64,000 bases of DNA from Bdellovibrionales bacterium (GTDB lineage Bacteria; Bdellovibrionota; Bdellovibrionia; Bdellovibrionales; JAUICD01), in the NCBI GenBank assembly GCA_965262715.1, contig OZ253553.1, positions 528,830 to 592,829 on the forward strand, read 5' to 3'. The translations under genes and the position numbers were made by a program. The stretch's first letter is position 1; the number at the start of each line of letters is the position of its first letter. The notes beneath the pieces are model-generated. The model had not been told where the DNA came from and made no database searches. It worked only from the letters and a program-made list of their open reading frames with translations. This document shows positions 57,145 to 64,000 of this stretch, one piece after another.

Positions 57145-57621
57145 AACAACCTTCCTTTTTGGTTTTTTTTATTAAAATTTATTCTTTGTATTAAATACAT
57201 CGGTTCATTGTATTAATTTATTAAATACTTTCTGATACATTTTATATCATAAAAGTCCTGTCACATTTAAACTATATAACCGACTAATATTACAAAGAAA
57301 AAATACTGATATAGCTTTTAATATACAGGCTATTTCCATTCATTTAGACACAATATTTACAATCATCTCTTATTTTAAATGTGCTTTTTTAAAACATTTT
57401 GTTTCACTGAAATGCATTTGATTTTACTTAATGTCATGAAAATAAAAACTGTTAAAGAAAATATCAGAACAGAACAAAATTTGTCATCTAAGAGAATTGC
57501 CTTAGTAAAGGATATAAAGAAAGACTTCTTCTTGAAATAAAAGGACTTTAAGAGAGTATTTTTTGGCACTAACTTTGCACTTACTAAATATAAGCAATTA
57601 AGAAAGCAAGGAGATAATCTT

Positions 57622-58134
57622 ATGATGACAAAACAAAATAATAAGCAAATACAGTCTATTTTATACGTAACACTGTTATTCTCAACTTTAATACTTACCA
57701 CAGGGTGCTTTGGTAAGCCTGACGGAGCTGTTGTTAATACTGGCGGCCACAGAATGGGTAACAATGGATATCCTAATCCAAATCAACTAAATCAACCTCA
57801 AAATGGCTCATATATATCAAATTCTGTTTTTGAAAGCTTTGTAGGTGAGCCTTTAGTAGGAGCTGTTATAGATATGACAGTTGAATTTTATGATAATGGT
57901 GATATTGTTACCATAGTTATATTGGACGAACATCCCTTACAAGATCCTTTTGAAGCTACCTTAAATTACAGCGGCCATGATCAAGGATTTGTCTCTTTTA
58001 GTGATGATACAGGTACAGTCTATTTTGAAATAACAGAGGATCCATCAGTTTCTCAGATTTACTTTGAAAATATAGATGGCACATCTGGTATCTTAGGAGA
58101 TATTGATACTTGTAGAGTAGAAGGCACCTGCTGA
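57622..58134 (+). CDS. lipoprotein, hypothetical
   Basis: AAGGAG SD; lipobox LTTGC. Confidence 0.6.
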   Translation: MMTKQNNKQIQSILYVTLLFSTLILTTGCFGKPDGAVVNTGGHRMGNNGYPNPNQLNQPQNGSYISNSVFESFVGEPLVGAVIDMTVEFYDNGDIVTIVILDEHPLQDPFEATLNYSGHDQGFVSFSDDTGTVYFEITEDPSVSQIYFENIDGTSGILGDIDTCRVEGTC

Positions 58135-58232
58135 AACATCTTATAATCTTCAGCTGAGCTTTTTAAACCTCAAAAGTGACCTTTAGATTTTATACTTGCA
58201 AAGCTATGGTTATTTGAGTAAATGAGTGTATT

Positions 58233-58961
58233 ATGCTTCACACTCAAAACAGTAATACTCTACAAAGCCAGCATTCATCAATCAATAAAGCAACTATTGG
58301 CCTTATAGATTCCTGGAAGAATCTACTTTTAGAAGAGTTTGACAAAGACTATATGAAAGAGCTGAAGGCCTTTTTAGCTTCAAGATACTTAGCACAAAAG
58401 ACTATATATCCTCAAAAAAATCAAATTTTTAATGCTTTCAATATAACTGCCTTTGAATCAGTTAAAGTTGTTCTTTTAGGCCAAGATCCCTACCATAACC
58501 CTTTTCAAGCTCATGGACTTAGTTTTTCTGTGAATAAGGGCATTAATCTACCTCCATCGCTTAAAAATATCTTTCAAGAATTAAAAGACGACTTAAACAT
58601 CAATAACAATCAACATGGAGATCTTTCTCATTGGGCAAAACAAGGCGTACTTTTACTTAACTCTATTTTAACAGTTGAAAGAGGGAAGCCAGGATCACAC
58701 CAAAACAGAGGATGGGAGAGGTTTACAGATGCTATTATCCAAAAATTAAATGATAAAAGAGATCATTTAGTTTTTCTCTTATGGGGAAGCTATGCAAAAA
58801 ATAAAGGACAACTTATAGATACCACTAAACATTTAGTGCTCACTGCGCCTCACCCATCTCCTTTTTCAGTACATAAGGGGTTTTTTGGTTCCAGGCCTTT
58901 TTCAAAAATAAACTCTTACCTCACAAGGCGAGATCAAAAACCTATTGATTGGACTAATTAA
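58233..58961 (+). CDS. ung: uracil-DNA glycosylase (family 1)
   Basis: VVLLGQDPYH, HGLSFSV, GVLLLNSILTV, LWGSYA, HPSPFS. Confidence 0.92.
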   Translation: MLHTQNSNTLQSQHSSINKATIGLIDSWKNLLLEEFDKDYMKELKAFLASRYLAQKTIYPQKNQIFNAFNITAFESVKVVLLGQDPYHNPFQAHGLSFSVNKGINLPPSLKNIFQELKDDLNINNNQHGDLSHWAKQGVLLLNSILTVERGKPGSHQNRGWERFTDAIIQKLNDKRDHLVFLLWGSYAKNKGQLIDTTKHLVLTAPHPSPFSVHKGFFGSRPFSKINSYLTRRDQKPIDWTN

Positions 58962-59108
58962 TGATTTCTATAAATGATCTAAAAAAAATAATGATTTTTA
59001 GCTTGCCTTATATTATTTTTAACATAAGTATATAAAAGTACATCTCATATTGTTTGATATTGTTGAGATATAAATCATTTAATAAAATATAATTGTTAGG
59101 AGGTAAAC

Positions 59109-59363
59109 ATGAATTTTTTTAATCTTTTAAAAACTGTATCTTTCTTATCTTTGTTGTTGGCTTTTATTTCAACCACTTCTTGTACTAGAAATCAGGAAGA
59201 AGCTGCTGAAGAAACAATGGAAGAGCCAACAGTAGAAGAGGCAGTAGTAGAAGAACCAGTAGCGGAGGAAGAGCCACCAGCAGAAGAACCTACTACTGAG
59301 GAAACAACTGACACAACAGAAGGTGCAGAGAATAAAGAAGAAGTGGAAGAAAAAACAGAATAA
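59109..59363 (+). CDS. small acidic (Glu/Thr-rich) putative lipoprotein
   Basis: AGGAGG SD; signal peptide followed by a Cys (STTSC); low-complexity E/T/A tail. Confidence 0.5.
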   Translation: MNFFNLLKTVSFLSLLLAFISTTSCTRNQEEAAEETMEEPTVEEAVVEEPVAEEEPPAEEPTTEETTDTTEGAENKEEVEEKTE

Positions 59364-59417
59364 TTACAAGTTAAGAAATCAATGCATTAAATAGGGCGCG
59401 TATTTCAATTAAAGTGC

Positions 59418-60194
59418 TTATTTTTGAATTTTTTCAAAAAATTTGTAGAAATGATGATTTCGAGCTTGAAAGTAAATATGTCCAAAGTCTTCTGTTGAAA
59501 GTAGATTAATTCCGTTTATTTTTAAAAGCTTAGAAATAAATGGATGTGGATGTCCGTATCTTTTTTTTCTGGCACTGCTGATTGCGGTACCTCCTTTTTT
59601 CAAGGACTTTACCAACTCTTTTGAGGTACTATTTTTAGATCCATGATGTCCTAAAATCAGATATTGACTTTTTTTATTAAAAAGTGAGTTTAAAATAGGA
59701 AGCCACTTTTGATCTGTTTTTTTAGAGCCATCTCCAGGAATAATAATAAGAGAATTAAAAAAGACACGCGACCAGTTGTTACTTGTTTTAATAGAGCCTT
59801 CTGGTGAATAAGCATAGAAGGGTATGTTAGAAGTGTTTTTGCAAGAAGGTAGAGTAGAGAGAAATTGTCTTTTATAAGATGAAGATGGGCCATTTGGAAG
59901 ATAAAGGATACAAGAGTTTAAGACAGTTCTTGCCAATTTACGAGTAAGTCCTATATGATCCCAATCCCAGTGAGAGAAAGAGAAAATATTATCTTTATTT
60001 TTGCAATATTTTTTAAACTTTTTATAGTCAAAAAATTCTCCTCCTGCATCAAAATGATAACATATATGATTATCTATATAAGATACACATTGGCCTTGGC
60101 CTACGTGCCATACAACCCAAAAAGGCAGGACCCCTTCATTGATTTGTTGACAAAAGCAAAAGATATAAAAAGTAGTAGATAAAAAGTATTTCAT
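59418..60194 (-). CDS. ComEC-type metallo-beta-lactamase domain protein
   Basis: HVGQGQCVSY, HFDAGG, SHWDWDHIG and LGHHGSKNSTS match the ComEC C-terminal MBL motifs. Overlaps the upstream gene by ATGA. Confidence 0.75.
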   Translation of the reverse strand: MKYFLSTTFYIFCFCQQINEGVLPFWVVWHVGQGQCVSYIDNHICYHFDAGGEFFDYKKFKKYCKNKDNIFSFSHWDWDHIGLTRKLARTVLNSCILYLPNGPSSSYKRQFLSTLPSCKNTSNIPFYAYSPEGSIKTSNNWSRVFFNSLIIIPGDGSKKTDQKWLPILNSLFNKKSQYLILGHHGSKNSTSKELVKSLKKGGTAISSARKKRYGHPHPFISKLLKINGINLLSTEDFGHIYFQARNHHFYKFFEKIQK

Positions 60195-61081
60195 AATAAC
60201 CTTGATTTTTTTACAGGTGGTCTAACAAAGGAGAAATACAGACAGATAAAGAGATGCAAGCTTAATAAGTAAAAAAAACCTTGTTGTAAGCTGAGATGAG
60301 CTTCTGGTTTGAAAAGTGGTAGCTCTTTGGCAATGATATTTAAAAAATACAACAAAAAGGACCAACTACCATCTACAACTATTACAAATGGGGAAATAAA
60401 CACACTCAATAATGTTAAAGGGAAGAAAAAAAGACCAAATAGAGGTAGAAATAGAGTATTTATCAAAATACTTACCGGATGAGGATGGCTCATGCTTCCA
60501 AGTAAAGGAGCCATCATCAAATAGACAATAAGGTTTCTTGCAAGTAGGCTTTTATCTTTACCTAGTGCCAAAGCCAAAGAAGCAGCCCAACTCAATAAAA
60601 AAGAAAAAGAATTGTACCAGTGAGAAAAAAATAACAGGGCTATAAACGAAACATACCAAACAGAAAGTGTATGATTCCAATTGAGAGCAAAGCGTTTTCT
60701 AATAAAAGTTATAATAAGAGAAAACCATGCTCTAACAACTGGAGGATTAAGGCTTGTGCTAAGAGCGTAGATGGCTAAAAGCACAGCCTGAAAAATAAAA
60801 GGCATTTTTATTTTAGACAGCGCATTACGTAAACCACTTAAATGCATTCCAGAGACAACAAAAATATGCAAGAGTCCTGTTGTTACAAACATTTCACGCA
60901 AGCCTAAATCTTCAATCCTTTTCCCACAAACTAAAGCCTCATACACTTGAGGAAATTTTGTCTGAGGGAGCAGTGACAAACATTTATGATGCAAGAAGTT
61001 AATAGGCAGATCCAATAAATCTTTAGGATCTATTTGAAGGATATGAAAAGAAATTAAGAAAAATAAGAGACTCAACCACAT
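60191..61081 (-). CDS. ComEC/Rec2 competence channel (membrane) domain protein
   Basis: Polytopic membrane protein with TGLLHIFVVSGMHLS signature. Confidence 0.75.
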   Translation of the reverse strand: MWLSLLFFLISFHILQIDPKDLLDLPINFLHHKCLSLLPQTKFPQVYEALVCGKRIEDLGLREMFVTTGLLHIFVVSGMHLSGLRNALSKIKMPFIFQAVLLAIYALSTSLNPPVVRAWFSLIITFIRKRFALNWNHTLSVWYVSFIALLFFSHWYNSFSFLLSWAASLALALGKDKSLLARNLIVYLMMAPLLGSMSHPHPVSILINTLFLPLFGLFFFPLTLLSVFISPFVIVVDGSWSFLLYFLNIIAKELPLFKPEAHLSLQQGFFYLLSLHLFICLYFSFVRPPVKKSRLL

Positions 61082-61275
61082 ATCTCAAGAAAAATAAGCA
61101 ATTTTGGTGCCAATTAAAAACCTGTTTTTTGGCAGTTTCAGGTCCGTAATTCATACAATGTGCTGTTTCCCTAAAAATAGGTCCATTCTTGAGACATAGG
61201 TTACAGTTTATTTAAGAAGACATAGATAATACTTTTTATTTTATACGCTAGATGCACTTTCTTAAAATATTTTTA

Positions 61276-61346
61276 TTTATCCGGGAAACTGGCAGTTTGT
61301 TTCCGAGAACTGTCTTCCGGATTTCCGGGAGCTAGATCCCGGACAA
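61276..61346. repeat. GC-rich palindromic intergenic repeat
   Basis: tttatccgggaaactggcagtttgtttccgagaactgtcttccggatttccgggagctagatcccggacaaa. Confidence 0.75.
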
Positions 61347-61486
61347 ATGAAAGGGCCCATTCTGGAGACATAGGTAACAGATTCTTCAAGACAATATGTC
61401 TAGCTACTCATTTGAATATTCAGATAAGTTCTTTTTTTCACACTTGATTTCTCGACATCATTTCTATTTATTTGTATGGTAAATTT

Positions 61487-62281
61487 ATGTTGATGATTTT
61501 TGTATCCACTTTATTTCTTATGATTCATTTAAACGGCACTACAGTCATAGCTGTATCTGATGTAGATATAATATTAGGGAAAGGTTTAAAGAACTATCAA
61601 CAAGGTCAGTATGTAGAGGCTCAAAATGCATTTCAATCTCTCTTAGAATCATATCCTAATAACCCTACCTTGCTCTTTAATTTAGGTTTAGCCCATTACC
61701 GACTAGGACATTATGGTTTTGCAACAGGCTTGTGGCATAAAGTGCTTGATCAAAACCCTTATTTTGTAAAAGCGACTGAGGCCATCAATTTTACCCAAAA
61801 ACAAATATCTATTCAAGGACCATCAAGCCAAACTTCGTGGGGAGAAAGAATTAGAAAATGGGTGTTAGTTTATATTCCCTGGGATGTCTGTTTATTTTTA
61901 ACAGCTATTTTTGGTTTCTTTTTTTTATGGCTAAAAATCAAGTATCTTGCTATTTGCAGATTTGTTGTAAAAAAAGGTGATGAACGCCCTGCTATACCGA
62001 CAAGTTTAATTGTTCTAGGTCTTACTTTTGTATTTGTTCTTTTTGTAACCCTGATGAAGGTAAAAGATCATACAACCCTAAGAGCTATTACTATATCCCC
62101 TAAATCTCTTGTTTATGTCAGTCCTAGTCAAGAGACAGCTTCTTTATTTGAGCTATCTGAAGGTTCACATGTTATTATAGAGCAAGTCAACAACAATTGG
62201 GTCCAAGTTATTGATCTAAAAGGACAAATAGGCTGGGTTCAACAGAAAGATATCTTTCATTATGCAGGTGAAAAACTATGA
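61487..62281 (+). CDS. TPR plus C-terminal SH3b-like domain membrane protein (BatE-like architecture)
   Basis: Signal peptide. TPR-like YQQGQYVEAQNAFQSLLESYPNNPTLLFNLGLAHYRLGHYGFA. Two TM helices. NNWVQVIDLKGQIGWVQQKDI is SH3b-like. Confidence 0.6.
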   Translation: MLMIFVSTLFLMIHLNGTTVIAVSDVDIILGKGLKNYQQGQYVEAQNAFQSLLESYPNNPTLLFNLGLAHYRLGHYGFATGLWHKVLDQNPYFVKATEAINFTQKQISIQGPSSQTSWGERIRKWVLVYIPWDVCLFLTAIFGFFFLWLKIKYLAICRFVVKKGDERPAIPTSLIVLGLTFVFVLFVTLMKVKDHTTLRAITISPKSLVYVSPSQETASLFELSEGSHVIIEQVNNNWVQVIDLKGQIGWVQQKDIFHYAGEKL

Positions 62282-62826
62282 TAAATGATCTTTGGGTGAA
62301 TCTCTTTAAAAAAACGAATAAAGAAGATCATCATTTAGCTATTTTAAGAAAAAATATACTTTTTGAGACTCTCAACAAATCAGAGCTTTATTTCGTTAGC
62401 AAAACCATCCATGAACGTAGCTATCATACTGAGGAAGTTATTTTTCAGCAAGATAGCTTAGGAACAGGAATGTATGTGATCGTTAAAGGAAGTGTTGATA
62501 TTTTTATTAAAGAAATGGATCCAAAACAAGGAACTATTCACAGCGTACACGTAGCTCACCTTATAGAAGAAGATTTTTTTGGAGAGATGTCTTTGGTAGA
62601 AGAAGATAATAGACGAACTGCAACAGCTGTAGCCGTTGAAAACACAACTCTGATAGGGTTTTTCAGACCAGACTTACTAGAGATTGTAAACAGAAACCCT
62701 ATAATAGGAGGGAAGATCACTTTCCAGTTAGCAAAAATCCTGTTGCGTCGATTGCAAGCCACAACAAGTAAGATCACGCACCTTAAAAAAGAGTTAAAAG
62801 TTTTGGCAAGTTTTCAAAAAAAATAA
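62278..62826 (+). CDS. cyclic nucleotide-binding domain protein
   Basis: FFGEMSLVEEDNRRTATAVAVENTTLIGF matches the cNMP-binding FGE...R(T/S)A core. Overlaps the upstream gene by ATGA. Confidence 0.75.
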   Translation: MINDLWVNLFKKTNKEDHHLAILRKNILFETLNKSELYFVSKTIHERSYHTEEVIFQQDSLGTGMYVIVKGSVDIFIKEMDPKQGTIHSVHVAHLIEEDFFGEMSLVEEDNRRTATAVAVENTTLIGFFRPDLLEIVNRNPIIGGKITFQLAKILLRRLQATTSKITHLKKELKVLASFQKK

Positions 62827-62861
62827 GATACACAAAGAAGTATGATCAAAAAGGCTTTTGA

Positions 62862-63977
62862 ATGGCTTTAAACACATCAACCAATGATAAAATGTATCCC
62901 AATATATATCAAAGAGACTTTCTCGTTCATACAGGTATGCGGCGTGAGACATGGTGGAAGTTAACAGTTATTACAGGAATTGTTCTCTTATTCATCACGG
63001 TACTTGTGACAGTAGACAACATGCTCTCATCCTTTATATTTGCTTTTGCAATCAGCTATGTATCTGAACCTCTTATCAGTTATTTTGAACGTAGAGGAGT
63101 CAGGCGCACTTTTAGCATCTCTTTATATTTTATCTTTACTGGCCTTATTCTAACTATTTTAATCGTCAAGTTAGCTCCTCTTATCACTCAACAAGCGACT
63201 CTTTTACAGTCAGAAATACCCAAATATGTTGAAGGCATCACACAATTTTTATTCATTTTAGAAAGTAACCTTTCAGGTCCGTTCTCTTCTGTTTATGATC
63301 TTCAATTTAGTTCTAGTATAGGAGGTCTTTTTCAAAAGTGGATTGAGCTTTTTATTGGAAGCGTCCCTGTTATTGCTCAAAATACAGTAACTATTCTTAT
63401 TTTATCTCCTTTTTTGGCCTTTTTTCTTTTAAAAGATGGACAGGTCATGCGTAAAAAATTCTTAACACTAGTACCTAATCTGTTTTTTGAAATGGCTCTT
63501 AATCTCACTCATAACCTCAATCTCCATATAGGAGGCTTTATCCGTGCTCGTCTCCTTGAAGCCATGATTGTTGGCCTTGTGGTTTTTTTAGGACTAACCA
63601 TCGTTCAATTTCCCTACACAGCTTTTTTAGCATTATTTGCAGGTATTACAAATCTGATTCCTTATATAGGGCCTATTATTGGAATGATTCCAGCCTATAT
63701 GATTGCGCTGGCTGGTGAGAATTTAGAAATCACTATTTTACTGATAACTTTTGTGTATTTAATTGCACAGCTTATTGATGTTTTCTTTATTATTCCTCTT
63801 GTGGTCGCAAGAATTGTAGACTTGCACCCCATAACTGTTGTTGTCGTTATCATTATTGGGTCTCAGGTTATGGGAGTTCTTGGAATGATTATTTCAATTC
63901 CTGTGATAAAGTGCATTAAATTAACTGTTTCAACGATTTACACACATCTTGTCGAGTTTAAGTCAGAGCATGTATAA
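62862..63977 (+). CDS. AI-2E family (PerM/YhhT-like) transporter
   Basis: 8-TM profile with NLIPYIGPIIGMIPA motif. Confidence 0.75.
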   Translation: MALNTSTNDKMYPNIYQRDFLVHTGMRRETWWKLTVITGIVLLFITVLVTVDNMLSSFIFAFAISYVSEPLISYFERRGVRRTFSISLYFIFTGLILTILIVKLAPLITQQATLLQSEIPKYVEGITQFLFILESNLSGPFSSVYDLQFSSSIGGLFQKWIELFIGSVPVIAQNTVTILILSPFLAFFLLKDGQVMRKKFLTLVPNLFFEMALNLTHNLNLHIGGFIRARLLEAMIVGLVVFLGLTIVQFPYTAFLALFAGITNLIPYIGPIIGMIPAYMIALAGENLEITILLITFVYLIAQLIDVFFIIPLVVARIVDLHPITVVVVIIIGSQVMGVLGMIISIPVIKCIKLTVSTIYTHLVEFKSEHV

Positions 63978-64000
63978 AAACATAAGTCACAGTAGGAACG

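Noticed and set aside
57375-57764. 129-aa minus-strand ORF
   Set aside because: It overlaps the better-supported lipoprotein gene start (57622, AAGGAG SD). It has a hydrophobic low-complexity composition and no recognisable start context.

Overview
AT-rich bacterial chromosomal window with about 55 credible CDS and no rRNA or tRNA genes. All calls were made by eye from the sequence and ORF track; no searches were run.

Housekeeping backbone: rplM-rpsI, alaS, pgpA-cinA, recA, rpmG (below the ORF-track cutoff), dnaJ-dnaK, ridA, sufS, a dpp/opp-type ABC permease/ATPase operon, sodB, ung and a two-gene comEC.

Accessory and unusual content:
1. An OLD-family ATPase/Toprim nuclease plus UvrD-like helicase cassette (Gabija / class-2 OLD architecture) sits between alaS and pgpA. 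It is bounded by about 145-bp direct repeats that duplicate the pgpA 5' end. The nuclease carries an N-terminal extension of about 470 aa that is collinear with the alanyl-tRNA synthetase catalytic/tRNA-recognition region encoded next door but lacks its catalytic signatures. This is the most novel-looking feature.
2. A hipBA module has three TATCC-N8-GGATA-type operators phased 41 bp apart. Nearby are a decayed second hipBA copy and an orphan type IV pilin cassette.
3. A 3.7-kb noncoding array holds 14.5 near-identical 257-bp units. Each unit carries a ~117-nt imperfect palindrome from a modular hairpin-repeat family that is dispersed through the window and shows compensatory stem changes.
4. 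Two further intergenic repeat families are present: GC-rich TTTCCGGGA-ended palindromes that bracket the accessory cassettes, and ~150-bp long hairpins with a conserved AT-rich apex.
5. One CDS is bracketed by perfect 43-bp inverted repeats.
6. Other items: tandemly duplicated ~880-aa secreted proteins with a transglutaminase-like Cys-His-Asp core, a subtilase-TM-PilZ fusion, a partial tandem duplication that rewrote a lipoprotein C-terminus, and a Thr-codon microsatellite.
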